Origin: an uncultured Chloroflexia bacterium
GTDB taxonomy: Bacteria; Chloroflexota; Limnocylindria; Limnocylindrales; CSP1-4
Direction of reading: 5' to 3'
Length of the DNA stretch: 64,000 bases
Assembly: GCA_963767945.1 (NCBI GenBank)
Contig: CAVYGH010000011.1
Location: 98,896-162,895 of the forward strand
Part shown: piece by piece, positions 48,689 through 59,445 of the stretch
How positions within the stretch are numbered: the stretch's first letter is position 1
How the letters are laid out: each line of letters starts with the position of its first letter
Translations under genes and position numbers: made by a program
The notes under the pieces: model-generated
The model's database searches: none
Seen by the model: only the letters and a program-made list of their open reading frames with translations
Told to the model about the DNA's origin: nothing

Positions 48689-51600
48689 TCAGGCGGCCGG
48701 CGCGACCTCGAGCACGAGCGGCGTCTCGCCCGATCGGGCGAGCATCGCCTCGAGGTCGTCGGGGGGCAGCGGTCGCGCGAACGCGAAGCCCTGTCCCCGG
48801 TCGCAGCCGAGGTCGCGCAGGCAGGCGAGCTGGGCCGGCGTCTCGATCCCCTCGGCCACGACGTCGATGCCCAGGCCGTGGGCCAGGGAGATGACGGCCT
48901 GGATGATCGGCAGGTCCGCGGCGTCCGAGCCGAGCCCGGAGACGAACGAGCGGTCGATCTTGATCGTGTCCAGCGGCAGCTTGCGCAGGTAGGACAGCGA
49001 CGAGTAGCCGGTCCCGAAGTCGTCGAGGACGAGCTGGACGCCCAGCGCCTGCAGGCCGCGCAGCCGCTCGATCGACGCCTCCGACTGGTCCATCACCACG
49101 CTCTCGGTGATCTCGAGCTCCAGGTTGGCCGGCGCGAGCCCCGAGCGGTGGATCGTCGCCGCGACCGCCGACACCAGGTCGGACTGGGCGAACTGGCGGG
49201 CCGACAGGTTGACGCTGATCACCAGCGACTGCGCCGACGGGTACCGGCGCTGCCACGTCCGGACCTGCTGGCACGCGGTCTCGAGCACCCACTGGCCGAT
49301 CGGCAGGATCAGGCCGGTCTCCTCGGCGAGCGGGATGAACGACAGCGGCGGCACGAGGCCACGGGTCGGGTGCTGCCAGCGCAGCAGCGCCTCCAGCCCG
49401 ACGACGATGCCCGTGTCCAGGTCGATCAACGGCTGGTAGTGCACGCGGAGCTCGGAGCGCTCGATGGCCCGGCGCAGGTCGTGCTCGAGCGTCGCCCGAT
49501 CGAGCGTCTCGGCGCGCATCTCCGGGTCGAACATCACGAACTTCCGGACCGGGTCGACCTTCGCCCGATGGAGCGCGATCTCGGCCTCCTTGAGCAGGTC
49601 GCCCGCGTAGGTCATCGCCGTCCGGCCCACCGCCAACCCGAGGCTGGCGCCCACGGTGACCTCCTGGCCGTCGAGGTCGAACGGGACGGCGACCGCCGCC
49701 GTGACCCGGGCGGCCACGCGCTCCGCCTCGCGCACGCTGCGGACCGGTCCCAGGAGCACCCCGAACTCGTCGCTGCCCAGGCGCGCGACGACGTCGGTCG
49801 AGCGGGCCGTGGACACGAGCCGTCGCGCGACCTCGGCGAGGAGCAGGTCGCCGGCCGCGTGGCCGAGGCTCTCGTTGACGACCTTGAACCGGTCGAGGTC
49901 GAGCAGGATGAGGGCCACCCGGGAGCGGCTCGTCCGGCCGTCCGTCGAGGCCGGCGCGTCGAGCTGCTCGGCGAGGCGGCTCAACAGGAGGGTCCGGTTG
50001 GGCAGGCCGGTGAGCATGTCGTGGAGGGCGGCGTGGGCGCGCTGCCGGCCCTCGGTCTGGGCGCGTTCGAACAGGCGGGCGTTGTCGAGGGCGATCGAGG
50101 CCAGCTGGGCGAACCGTGACAGCGCCTCGAGCTCGCGCTCGCTGAACGGACGGCTGCGGTCGCCCGACGCGAGCCCGATCATGCCGAGGACCTCGCCGTC
50201 GGACGTCAGCGGGACCGCGCACACGGCGCCGAAGGACTGGGCGTCGAGGCCGCCGGCCGGGCTGGGGTAGGCGCCGTAGTCGTCGACGTTCATCGGCCGC
50301 CCCGACCGCACGACCGTCCAGCCGATGCCGGTGCCGTGCGGCAGCCGGTAGCCGTCGAGCCCGTCGAACAGGCCGACGCCGACCCGGCACACGAGCTCCT
50401 CGTCGGTGTCGGTGTCCTCGAGCAGGTACAGGAAGCCGCTCTTGACGCCGACCAGGCTCGCGGCCCGATCGACGATCTCGTGGAGCAGCTGCCGGGGCTC
50501 GAGGCGCTCCAGCAGGCGGAGGGTCATCTGGTCGATCGCCGCGAGGTACGGGTCACGGGTCGGGTCGTCCATGCCCAGCCGGAGGCGGTCGGCCGGCTTG
50601 GCCAGGTACAGCGCCCGGTCGGCCACCGCCACCAGGTCGTCCTTCCCCTGGGCGTCGTCCGGGTACATCGCGGACCCGGCGCTGACGGTCACGGTCGGGC
50701 CGGTCTCCTCGGTGAGCTGCACGACCGCGCGGCGGACCCGCTCGGTGACCTCGCGGATCGCGCCGCTCGAGATGCCCGGCAGCAGGACCGCGAACTCGTC
50801 GCCGCCGTAGCGGTAGACGCGGTCCCCGTCACGGAGGGCGTCCGCCATCGCGGTCGCGATCCGCGCCAGCAGCGCGTCGCCCTCGGGATGCCCGTGCCAG
50901 TCGTTGTACGCCTTGAACGCGTCGAGGTCGAGCATCAGCAGCCCGAACGGCTGCTCGCGGGCGATGAGCAGCCCGATCTCGCGCTGGAAGGCGCCGTGAT
51001 TGCGCAGGCCGGTGAGCGCGTCGTGCTCCGCCTGGGTCATCACGGCGCCGTGCGCCTCGGCGTTGCGGAGCGCGATCGAGGCCTGGGCCGCGAACAGCTG
51101 GACGAGCTCGAACTCGTCCTGCGAGAAGTGCGACTCGGCGCCGCCCATCCGGGCCACGTTGAGCGTGCCGATCACCTCGCCCGCGCCGAACAGCGGGCAG
51201 ACGAGCATCGACTCGGGCTCCTCGGGGGTGCCCGGGATCTGGACCGAGCGCGGATCGAGGTGCACGTCGTTGGCGAGCAGGGCCTCGCCGTTGTTGACCA
51301 CCCAGCCCGTGATGCCGGCGTCGAGCGGTCCCTCGTGCTGGAGGATCACCTCGGCGTAGCGATCGCGGGCGAGGACGGCACGCCGCACCCGGGACGCGCG
51401 GTCCACGCGGTAGACGGTCAGCGCGTCGTAGGCGACGACCACCTTGAGCGAGTCGGCGATCATCTCGAGCACGCCGCTCGGGTCGAGGGTCCCCATCAGG
51501 CGCTCGTTGACCTCGAGCAGGCGGCGCTGGCTCTCCAGGCGGTGGTGCAGCTCGTCCTGCTGGCGGCGCACCTGCCCGAACGCCTCGGCGTTGACGACGG

Positions 51601-52660
51601 CCTGGGCCGCGTAACCCGCGAAGATCTCGAGCGTCCGCTGGTCGTCCTCGCCGAACTGGTCGTAGCCGACCTTGGACACGACGATCACGCCCAGCACCCG
51701 CGACTCGTACGACATCGGGACGAGGAGCATCGATTCGGGCACCTCGTCGGTGCCCAGCTGCAGGCCGCGTGGATCGGCGCCGGCGTCGCCCAGGCGGATG
51801 GTCTCGTTGTGCTCGGCGACCCAGCCGGTGAGCCCCTCTCCGATCCGCAGCCGCAGGACGTCGCGGTTCAGGGTGCCGATCCCGGAGACCTCGCCGTGGT
51901 ACGCGATCGGCTCGCACGTGGCCGTGGCCTGGTCCACGTGGTACACGCGGATGGTGTCGTGGGCGATCAGGCGGTCGGCCTCGGCGACGATGGCATCGCC
52001 GATCTTCTCGACGTCCTGGATCCGGTTGAGCCGCGAGGACAGCTCCTGGATCGCGCGCAGCCGGGCCGCCCCCTCGCGGACGGTGGCGAACAGGCGCGCG
52101 TTCGCGAAGGCGGTCGCCATCTGGTTGGCGAACGTCGTGCACAGCTCCAGCTCGTCCGGCGTCCAGTCGTAGGGTGCGCGGTGGTAGAGCACCAGCAGGC
52201 CGACGTGCTCGTCACGGAACAGGAGCGGGACGAAGTTGACGGTGTGGAACCCGAGCCGCTCGTAGATCGGGCCGAACCGCGGGGCCGCGGCCGGATCGGA
52301 GAGCACGATCGGCCGGCGCTCGCGCATCGCCCGCAGGCCCATGACGTCGTCGTGCTCGTGGACCGACGCCACCACGTCGATCAGCTCCGGGCCCAGGTCA
52401 CGGCTCGCGATCAGCTCGAACGGCTGGCGACGCGGCTGGAGCTGCCACAGGCCGGCGGCGTCCGCACCGAACAGCTCCTGCGAGGAATCGAGGACGTCCT
52501 CGAGCACGTCCTCGAGCTCGAGCGTGCCGTTCACCTCGGCCACGACGCGACGCAGCGCGGACACGCGCGCCTCCTGCGACCCGACGTTCCGGACAGGCTC
52601 AGGCGGGCGTGACGTCCGGCGTCGGCGGATCGGCGTGCTGTCGTCCAGGGCCAGTGCCAT
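48689..52660 (-). CDS. Multi-GAF diguanylate cyclase/phosphodiesterase (GAF-GAF-GAF-GGDEF-GAF-GGDEF-EAL)
   Basis: [22 protein letters not shown]; [17 protein letters not shown]; [34 protein letters not shown]. Confidence 0.93.
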   Translation of the reverse strand: MALALDDSTPIRRRRTSRPPEPVRNVGSQEARVSALRRVVAEVNGTLELEDVLEDVLDSSQELFGADAAGLWQLQPRRQPFELIASRDLGPELIDVVASVHEHDDVMGLRAMRERRPIVLSDPAAAPRFGPIYERLGFHTVNFVPLLFRDEHVGLLVLYHRAPYDWTPDELELCTTFANQMATAFANARLFATVREGAARLRAIQELSSRLNRIQDVEKIGDAIVAEADRLIAHDTIRVYHVDQATATCEPIAYHGEVSGIGTLNRDVLRLRIGEGLTGWVAEHNETIRLGDAGADPRGLQLGTDEVPESMLLVPMSYESRVLGVIVVSKVGYDQFGEDDQRTLEIFAGYAAQAVVNAEAFGQVRRQQDELHHRLESQRRLLEVNERLMGTLDPSGVLEMIADSLKVVVAYDALTVYRVDRASRVRRAVLARDRYAEVILQHEGPLDAGITGWVVNNGEALLANDVHLDPRSVQIPGTPEEPESMLVCPLFGAGEVIGTLNVARMGGAESHFSQDEFELVQLFAAQASIALRNAEAHGAVMTQAEHDALTGLRNHGAFQREIGLLIAREQPFGLLMLDLDAFKAYNDWHGHPEGDALLARIATAMADALRDGDRVYRYGGDEFAVLLPGISSGAIREVTERVRRAVVQLTEETGPTVTVSAGSAMYPDDAQGKDDLVAVADRALYLAKPADRLRLGMDDPTRDPYLAAIDQMTLRLLERLEPRQLLHEIVDRAASLVGVKSGFLYLLEDTDTDEELVCRVGVGLFDGLDGYRLPHGTGIGWTVVRSGRPMNVDDYGAYPSPAGGLDAQSFGAVCAVPLTSDGEVLGMIGLASGDRSRPFSERELEALSRFAQLASIALDNARLFERAQTEGRQRAHAALHDMLTGLPNRTLLLSRLAEQLDAPASTDGRTSRSRVALILLDLDRFKVVNESLGHAAGDLLLAEVARRLVSTARSTDVVARLGSDEFGVLLGPVRSVREAERVAARVTAAVAVPFDLDGQEVTVGASLGLAVGRTAMTYAGDLLKEAEIALHRAKVDPVRKFVMFDPEMRAETLDRATLEHDLRRAIERSELRVHYQPLIDLDTGIVVGLEALLRWQHPTRGLVPPLSFIPLAEETGLILPIGQWVLETACQQVRTWQRRYPSAQSLVISVNLSARQFAQSDLVSAVAATIHRSGLAPANLELEITESVVMDQSEASIERLRGLQALGVQLVLDDFGTGYSSLSYLRKLPLDTIKIDRSFVSGLGSDAADLPIIQAVISLAHGLGIDVVAEGIETPAQLACLRDLGCDRGQGFAFARPLPPDDLEAMLARSGETPLVLEVAPAA

Positions 52661-52894
52661 GTGACGGGTCGTGGTTACCCCCTGCGCGCCCTGCGCCCTC
52701 CCCGATGGCCCAGGGGGTGATTCGGGCTATGTCGCCACGCAACGTACGGGAGCACCGCGGGGCCGCACGATAGGACTCTCGTACCAGCGTGCAGCGGGAC
52801 TGCACGAATGGGGGCTTGCGGTGGGGTGCGGTTCGGTCTCGCGTTCCGCGCCGCGGTCCACCGCCGACGCCGGGACGCGACCGATACTCACCCC

Positions 52895-54016
52895 GTGGAT
52901 CTCGCCCGGCGCACCATCGCCTTCTCGTTCCGCCGCCAGCGCCTCGACGGCTCGGCGACGTCGGCGCTCGACGCGGTCGCGGCGGTCGTCGGCGTCTACA
53001 GCACGAACCCCACTGGACCGCTGTCGATCCATGCCCGCGCGCCGTCCGCGACCCGCGACGAGGTGCTCGCCCTGGACGCCGACCGGGCCACGGTCCGGAT
53101 GCGCGCGATGCGCACCTCGGGCTTCGCCGTACCGCGGTCGACCGCGCCGCTGGTCCGCGCGGCCACCTCCGTCCCGATGGAGCGGTTCTCGTGGATGCTG
53201 CGCGGGGCCCACGTGCCGGACGACGCCCTCGCCGCCACACGGCGGGCGGTGCTCGCCGCGGCCGACCGGCCGTCGACGGCCCAGGAGCTGCGCGCGCGGG
53301 TCGACATCGCGGGTCTGGAGATGGCGCCGTTCGTCTCGTGGCTCTCGCTGCGCGGCGATCTCGTCGCGATCGGGTCCGGCTCGCTGACGTCGAACGCCTC
53401 CCGCTACCTCTCCCGCGAGGCGTGGCTCGCGGGTGACGAGGAGCCCGACGACCCCGATCCCGCGGCGGCGAGGACATGGCTCGCCGGCGAGTACCTCCAC
53501 GCGTTCGGGCCGGCGCGCGTCGCCGATCTCGCGTGGTGGGCGGCGATGAGCGCGCGCGTCGCGGCCGACGCCATCGCGGCCCACGAGACCGTCGACGTCG
53601 GCGACGGGCTGCTCCTGCTCGCGGAGGACGTCGACGCGTTCGAGGCCGGCGAGCCGCTCGACGGCGCGCTGACGCTCGTCCCCAAGTGGGACGCGTGGAC
53701 CATGGGCTACCCGATCGACGGCCGGTCACGGTTCCTCGACCACGAGGTGCACGACCGGGTGTTCGACGGCGACGGCAACGGCCTCGGCATGGTCCTCGTC
53801 GACGGCCGAGCGATCGGGGCGTGGATCCATCGCGCGAAGGGCACCGCGATGGAGGTCGACCTCGACCTGTTCGGGCGGGCCGGCGCGAAGCTCCGGGAGC
53901 GCATCGACGCCGCGTTCGGCGACGCCGCCGCGTTCCTCGGCTACCGGCGGGCCGAGATCCGGAGCGTCGACTCCGTGATCCCGAACCGGCGCCGGCTCCG
54001 GCGGCCGCTCGCCTGA
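52895..54016 (+). CDS. HTH_42 / AlkZ-like winged-helix protein (putative crosslink DNA glycosylase)
   Basis: RQRL, LSIHAR, RMRAMRTS, EYLHAFGPA..DLAWWA, LVPKWD..MGY, LVDGRAIGAW. Confidence 0.8.
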   Translation: MDLARRTIAFSFRRQRLDGSATSALDAVAAVVGVYSTNPTGPLSIHARAPSATRDEVLALDADRATVRMRAMRTSGFAVPRSTAPLVRAATSVPMERFSWMLRGAHVPDDALAATRRAVLAAADRPSTAQELRARVDIAGLEMAPFVSWLSLRGDLVAIGSGSLTSNASRYLSREAWLAGDEEPDDPDPAAARTWLAGEYLHAFGPARVADLAWWAAMSARVAADAIAAHETVDVGDGLLLLAEDVDAFEAGEPLDGALTLVPKWDAWTMGYPIDGRSRFLDHEVHDRVFDGDGNGLGMVLVDGRAIGAWIHRAKGTAMEVDLDLFGRAGAKLRERIDAAFGDAAAFLGYRRAEIRSVDSVIPNRRRLRRPLA

Positions 54017-54040
54017 GCCTCGCCTGAGCCTCGCCTGAGC
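54008..54040 (+). repeat. 11-bp tandem repeat x3 (CTCGCCTGAGC)
   Basis: Three exact copies spanning the stop codon of the AlkZ-like gene. Confidence 0.9.
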
Positions 54041-54057
54041 CTGGTCTGCGCGATCGG

Positions 54058-54750
54058 CTACGGCGCGTAGCTGTCGACGACCACGGCGCGCTGGTTCGCG
54101 CTCGCCACGCCCAGCGGCTTCGCCTCGCCCGGCCACCAGATCGCGTACCAGCCGTTGTCCGAGGTCGCCGTGTACCACGCGGCGTCCGCGTCGAAGTTGG
54201 CGGACACGTCCTTGATGCCCTTCGGGTTGACCTGGCCGACGAGCACGCTGTACGAGGAACCCCCGGCGTCGACCACGTACATCTCGTGGAGGCCGAGGTC
54301 GCCGTCGTCGGCCGGCGGCTCCGCACCCTTGACCCCGGGGACGGGGTGGGTCTGGACGGTGATCGATCCGGCCCGGTCGTCCTGGGCGGCGCACGCGACC
54401 CCGGTCTCCGCGTCGGCGAACACGAGGATCGCCCGTCCCTCGCCCCGGGCGTCGAGCACGACCAGCGGCAGCTCGCCGACGGCCGCCTCGGCCCGGCACG
54501 CCTCCTCGACCGCCGATGCGAAGTCGGGCGTGGGCCGGATCGGTGATCGCCTCCAGGCGGCGTACGTGGCCGCGTTCGCGAACTCGCTCGGGTCGGGGCG
54601 GGCCGTCGACCTCGGCGGCGTCGCCGCCGGTCCGCTGCCGTCGCCGCCGGCGTCCCCGGTGAGGGTCGGCGCACCCTCCGCGCACGCGCCGGTCGCGAGG
54701 AGGATGATGGCGATGGCCGCGAGCAGCGAACCGTGGCGAGCGATCGTCAT
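54058..54750 (-). CDS. Hypothetical lipoprotein
   Basis: GGAGG RBS, signal with LATGAC, LDARG, C-terminal NGWYAIWWP. Confidence 0.72.
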   Translation of the reverse strand: MTIARHGSLLAAIAIILLATGACAEGAPTLTGDAGGDGSGPAATPPRSTARPDPSEFANAATYAAWRRSPIRPTPDFASAVEEACRAEAAVGELPLVVLDARGEGRAILVFADAETGVACAAQDDRAGSITVQTHPVPGVKGAEPPADDGDLGLHEMYVVDAGGSSYSVLVGQVNPKGIKDVSANFDADAAWYTATSDNGWYAIWWPGEAKPLGVASANQRAVVVDSYAP

Positions 54751-54811
54751 GTCCTCCAGTACCGCCGCGAGGTCGGCGGCGTTCAGCGACACCCGATCGA
54801 GGAGAGCACGG

Positions 54812-55370
54812 ATGCGAGGACTCGTCGCGCTGGCCGGCATCGTCGTGATCGTCGCCGCGTGTGGCGGGAGCCCCTCGCCGACGGCCTCGCCGTCGGCGTC
54901 CGCTGGCGAGTCGTCGTCACCGGTCGCATCGCCGTCCGCCCAGGCCGGCAAGAGCTACACGGTCCGCCTCCCCGCGGACGGCGGGAAGAAGGTCCGCGTC
55001 GTCGTCCACGACCCCGAGGACGCCCTCACCGGCATCCGGGTGCCGACGGCGACGCGAGGCGGCGGACGTCGGCAACACGCCGATGAGCGGCGACGCCGCG
55101 GTGAGTGACGGTCGCAACAGCAAGGCGCTCGTGGTCGCGTGGGTCGGCACCGTCTGCGATCGGAGAGTCGACGTGACCGTGCAGGGCGCGACCGTGACGG
55201 TGGCACCGGCGCCGCGCGGGCCGTGCGACGCGATGGCGCTCAACCGCGCCGTGACCCTGAAGTTCACGTCGGCCGTCGACGCGACGAAGATGCTCGTGGG
55301 CTTCATCCCGCCGCCGGAGGCGAACTGGACCAGCTCCGTCGCCGTCCCGCCGGTGAGGAGTTCGTCATGA
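54812..55370 (+). CDS. Hypothetical lipoprotein (frameshift ~55050)
   Basis: GAGGAG RBS, lipobox VAAC, Ser/Pro linker, then WVGTVCD..PCDAMA.NRAVTL in a second frame. Confidence 0.65.
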
Positions 55371-55880
55371 GCAGTTCGCTTCTCGAAGCCGCATTCGCCC
55401 ACCATGTCTGGGCGACCCTGCGCCTGATCGATGCCTGCCGGGATCTGACGGCCGAGCAGCTCGACACCAACGCCGCCGGCACGCGCGGCCCGATCCTCGA
55501 AACGGTTCGCCACCTCGTCGAGAACGACGCGTTCGACCTGTTCGTCCTGACGGGCGACCGCGCCGTACAACGTCGATGCCGGCCGGATGTCGCTCTCCGA
55601 CGCGCGCGGCGTCATGGAGCGCACCGGCCTGGGGTGGACCGAGCTCGTCTCCGGACCGCTCGACCCGGATGCGGTGGTCCGGGAGGTCGACGAGAGCGAC
55701 GGGTTCCAGCGATGGGCACCCGTCGGATACCGGCTCGCGGGAACCCTGGAACACGGCACGGACCATCGCAGCCAGATCTGTACCGCCCTCACGACCATCG
55801 GCGTCCAGCCGCCGAAGATCGCCGTGTTCGATTTCGGGGTGGACACGGGCCGGATCGTCGAGCAGATGCCGGGGACCTGA
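55367..55880 (+). CDS. DinB family protein (frameshift ~55565)
   Basis: FAHHVWATLRLIDAC..LT.EQL, ILETVRHLV, HGTDHRSQI.T.LT..GV.PP. Confidence 0.8.
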
Positions 55881-56028
55881 GCGACCCCCGGGCGTCGTCG
55901 CGATCCGGGGCCTCGACCGCTTCGCGAGCGCGTTCCACCGACCGCGTTGATCCGGTCGCGGGTGCGCGGACCCGAGGGAGCCGGGTTGCGCACTCCCTCG
56001 GGGCCTCGATCGGCCGAACCGATCGGCG

Positions 56029-57174
56029 TCAGCGGGCGAGCGCGTCCACCGGGTATCGATACAGGGCCGCGTGGTTGTCCCACGGGATCCAGATCGAGCC
56101 GAAGGCCACGACGGCGCCGTCGGGGTCGAGGCCGTCAGCGAGGGACTCCACGCGCCCGGTCGGACCCGAGGCGCCGAGCTCGACGATCCGGGAACCGTCG
56201 GTGGCGTCGGGGGCCGGCAATGCCCAGACGGTGTCGCCGATCGGGACCAGGCCGCCGATCGCCTCGTAGGGGAGCTCGAACGGGGTGCCCGCCATGCCCG
56301 TCGCGGCCTCGACCTTGACCACGGTGGTGCGGACTGGCCCGCGAGCGAAGATCCACGGGTTGCCCGCGGCGTCGATGCTGATGCCCCCTGCCGCCGCCGC
56401 CGGAACGGCGACACGCCGGCGCTCCGCACCGGTCATGGGATCCACCTCGACGGCCGCGGCTTCGAGGTCGGACAGCGTGACGTACCACAGCGCCCCGGGG
56501 GCCACGGCGTAGGCGATCGCATCCGGCAGCCGGACATCGATCTCCGCGGTCGCCGGGGAGATCCTCACGACCCCGCCGACACTGCCCTGCGCCCACACCC
56601 CGTTCTGCCACCCAAGGCCGACGGGGTGGGAGACAGCGACCTCGCCGGTGACCTGGCGCGTCGAACGATCCAGGCGGACCACACGGTTGCCGAAGTAGTC
56701 GGCCACCCAGACGGCGTCCGGCCGCGCGAGCACCCCGGTGAGCTGGATGACTCCACCGGGCACCTGGTATCGATCCGTGCTCCCGGTCGTCGGGTCGATC
56801 GCGAGCACGCCGTCTGCGGCGGTCGCCCACACGGCGTCGTCGGACGTGCTGACGAAGATGACATCCGTCGATCCGGGCAGGGCAACGACGCCCTGGAGGA
56901 CGAAGGCCGGGCGACGGAAGGCGCCCACGGCGAGCGCGCCTGCGACAAGGGCCACGAGCAGGAGCGCGCCCGCGGCCAGGAGCATCCGGCTGCGCACGGC
57001 CGGCGCCTTCGCCGGGGCGACCGTCCAGGAACCTGGGAACCACTTGGCCCAGCGACGCTGGGGCGTGTGCTCAACCACGGCAAGAACCTCCGAAAGGTAG
57101 TCGGGACCGCCGAGTCCAACGGATTCGGCGACCCACGTGGTGATCAGGAGATCGGGGTCGTGACGCAGGCTCAT
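56029..57174 (-). CDS. Putative anti-sigma factor: cytoplasmic N-terminus, one TM, extracellular beta-propeller
   Basis: TPQRRW, TM, repeated AVW.A..V.RID/LD blades; ATGA overlap with ECF sigma. Confidence 0.75.
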   Translation of the reverse strand: MSLRHDPDLLITTWVAESVGLGGPDYLSEVLAVVEHTPQRRWAKWFPGSWTVAPAKAPAVRSRMLLAAGALLLVALVAGALAVGAFRRPAFVLQGVVALPGSTDVIFVSTSDDAVWATAADGVLAIDPTTGSTDRYQVPGGVIQLTGVLARPDAVWVADYFGNRVVRLDRSTRQVTGEVAVSHPVGLGWQNGVWAQGSVGGVVRISPATAEIDVRLPDAIAYAVAPGALWYVTLSDLEAAAVEVDPMTGAERRRVAVPAAAAGGISIDAAGNPWIFARGPVRTTVVKVEAATGMAGTPFELPYEAIGGLVPIGDTVWALPAPDATDGSRIVELGASGPTGRVESLADGLDPDGAVVAFGSIWIPWDNHAALYRYPVDALAR

Positions 57175-57728
57175 GCGACGCTCCCTTCGAGCGCGGCGCC
57201 CGGTCGGGCATCGGCGTCGAGCGCGACCCGGAGCGCGTCGCGGCTGCGGGACAGCGTCGACTTGACGCTGCCCAGGGGCATGTCCAATGCGGCGGCGACT
57301 TCCGCCACGGGGAGGTCGAGGTAGTAGTAGAGGGCGATCGCCGATCGCTGGATCGGGTCGAGGCGCCGGAACGCGCGCTCGAGCGCGTCGCGATCCGCCG
57401 ACGAGATGGTCCCGTCCAGGATCGCGGGGCTGTGGAGCTCGGTGAGCGAGACCTCGACGGCATGGCGGCCACGCGTCCGCCGCAGCTCGTCGATGCACGA
57501 GCGGACGACGAGTCGTCGCAGCCATGCCTGGAACTGGGCCGGGTCGCGCAAACCCGGCAGGCCCTTCCAGGCTCGCAGCAGGGCCTCCTGGACGGCATCG
57601 CGAGCGAGGTCGGGGTCCCGCAGCGTCAGCCGCGCGACACCGTCCATCCAGGGCAGGGCGTGTCGAGCCAGCGTCGCGAACGCCTCCCGATCCCCCTCCC
57701 TGGCCCGCTCCACGAGCGCAGCGTCCAT
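57171..57728 (-). CDS. ECF RNA polymerase sigma factor
   Basis: [46 protein letters not shown]. Confidence 0.93.
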   Translation of the reverse strand: MDAALVERAREGDREAFATLARHALPWMDGVARLTLRDPDLARDAVQEALLRAWKGLPGLRDPAQFQAWLRRLVVRSCIDELRRTRGRHAVEVSLTELHSPAILDGTISSADRDALERAFRRLDPIQRSAIALYYYLDLPVAEVAAALDMPLGSVKSTLSRSRDALRVALDADARPGAALEGSVA

Positions 57729-57937
57729 GGGCTCCCTGACCTGTGATCGCGGCGACCACCTGTCGCCGTCACCAGCCTTGTCGGTCCTGATGCGCGGCCG
57801 GTTCCACCTTCGCGCCGGACACGTCCCGCAATCAGCGCCCACCGCGTGTGACGCGCGGCGGCTCGGGAGCCGCCAGCATGCGTCATCGGCGACCCCGCTG
57901 ACGCCCCCCCAACCGGGTCCCCATCGGCGAAGGCTCG

Positions 57938-57967
57938 TTGACGCTTCGGCGAGGTCGGGACTAGACT
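57938..57967 (+). promoter_or_regulatory. Sigma70-type promoter of rrf2-sufC-sufS
   Basis: TTGACG-N18-TAGACT. Confidence 0.7.
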
Positions 57968-57968
57968 C

Positions 57969-57993
57969 AATCCCGACGAAATCGCTCGGAATT
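57969..57993. promoter_or_regulatory. Rrf2/IscR-like 25-bp operator (copy 3)
   Basis: AATCCCGACGAAATCGCTCGGAATT directly after the -10 element. Confidence 0.75.
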
Positions 57994-58072
57994 ACCGGCC
58001 CCCGTCGCCCCGGCGACGCCGAGCATCCGGCCCGGGCACCGTCCGCAGCTCGACCCGACGAGGACCCTTGCC

Positions 58073-58567
58073 CTGACCACGCGCGCGACCTTCCACGGAT
58101 CCGGCGCCGTCGCCTTCAGCACGAAGGGCGAGTACGGCGTCCGGCTCATGGTGCAGCTCGGCCGCCGCTACGGGACGGGACCCGCGAGCCTCGCGGAGAT
58201 CGCGCTGGACGAGGACCTGCCGCGCGCCTACCTGGAGCAGCTCGTGACGAGCCTCCGCGACGCCGGCCTGGTCGTCTCCACCCGCGGCGCCCGGGGCGGC
58301 TACGAGCTCTCCCGGCCGCCCGAGCAGATGACGATGAGCGAGGTGCTGCGCGCCCTCGAGGGCCCGCTGCAGCCGATGATCTGCGTCACCGACGACCCCG
58401 CGCACATCGCCTGCGACCGCTCGGCCCGGTGCACGGTCAACGTGCTCTGGGTGAAGGTCCGCGACGCGATCGCCGGCACCCTCGACTCCATGACCCTCGC
58501 CGACCTCGTCCCCCAGCGCCACATCGAACTCGACCCGCACCCCACGCTCACAGGAGCCACTTCGTGA
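58073..58567 (+). CDS. Rrf2 family transcriptional regulator (IscR-like, three Cys)
   Basis: [31 protein letters not shown]-x9-C-x5-C; start uncertain (CTG 58073 after GAGGA). Confidence 0.9.
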   Translation: MTTRATFHGSGAVAFSTKGEYGVRLMVQLGRRYGTGPASLAEIALDEDLPRAYLEQLVTSLRDAGLVVSTRGARGGYELSRPPEQMTMSEVLRALEGPLQPMICVTDDPAHIACDRSARCTVNVLWVKVRDAIAGTLDSMTLADLVPQRHIELDPHPTLTGATS

Positions 58568-59445
58568 CCGACGCCAACGACCGCGAGCTCGTCATCCGCG
58601 ACCTGCAGGTCGCCCCCATCGCGAGCCCCGATCACGAGATCCTCCAGGGGATCGACCTCACGATCCGCAAGGGCGAGACCCACGCGATCATGGGGCCCAA
58701 CGGGTCGGGCAAGACCACGCTCGCCTATGCGCTGATGGGGCACCCGGCGTACATCGTGAAGTCGGGCAAGGTCACCTGGAAGGGCTACGACCTGCTCAAG
58801 CTGTCGCCGGACAAGCGGTCGCGGCTGGGGCTGTTCCTCGCGTTCCAGTACCCGACGGCGATCCCGGGGCTGTCGGTCGCGTCGTTCATCCGGAGCGCGG
58901 TCAACGCGAAGCTCCAGGGCATCGACAAGAACCCCGACGTCGACCCCACGGACTCGCTGCGGGGCGGCATCTCGATGCTCGACTTCCGGCGCAAGATGCG
59001 CGAGAAGATGGCGCTCCTCAAGGTCGAGGACAGCTTCGCCGCGCGGTACGTGAACGACGGCTTCTCGGGCGGCGAGAAGAAGCGGCTCGAGATGCTCCAG
59101 ATGGCGATGCTGGAGCCCGAGTTCGCCGTCCTCGACGAGACCGACTCGGGGCTGGATATCGACGCGCTCCGGATCGTGGCCGAGGGCGTCAACGCGATGC
59201 TCAACCCGGACATGGGCGTGCTGCTGATCACCCACTACCAGCGGCTGCTCAACTACATCACGCCCGACTACGTGCACGTGCTGGCCGCCGGCCGGATCGT
59301 GACCTCGGGCGGCAAGGACCTCGCCCTCCGGCTCGAGGAGGAGGGCTACGGCCCGATCCTGCGCGAGAACGGGCTCGAGACCGACGTGCCCGACGAGGCG
59401 CTGGCCGTCCCCCAGGAGCCCGAAGCGGCCGCGGCCGGCCGATGA
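58564..59445 (+). CDS. sufC: Fe-S cluster assembly ATPase SufC
   Basis: [58 protein letters not shown]. Confidence 0.96.
   Translation: MTDANDRELVIRDLQVAPIASPDHEILQGIDLTIRKGETHAIMGPNGSGKTTLAYALMGHPAYIVKSGKVTWKGYDLLKLSPDKRSRLGLFLAFQYPTAIPGLSVASFIRSAVNAKLQGIDKNPDVDPTDSLRGGISMLDFRRKMREKMALLKVEDSFAARYVNDGFSGGEKKRLEMLQMAMLEPEFAVLDETDSGLDIDALRIVAEGVNAMLNPDMGVLLITHYQRLLNYITPDYVHVLAAGRIVTSGGKDLALRLEEEGYGPILRENGLETDVPDEALAVPQEPEAAAAGR

Noticed and set aside
52680-52710. CCCGATGG resembling the small-ORF upstream motif
   Set aside because: Lacks the TCRGG half and I saw no SD-led small ORF at the 71-nt spacing
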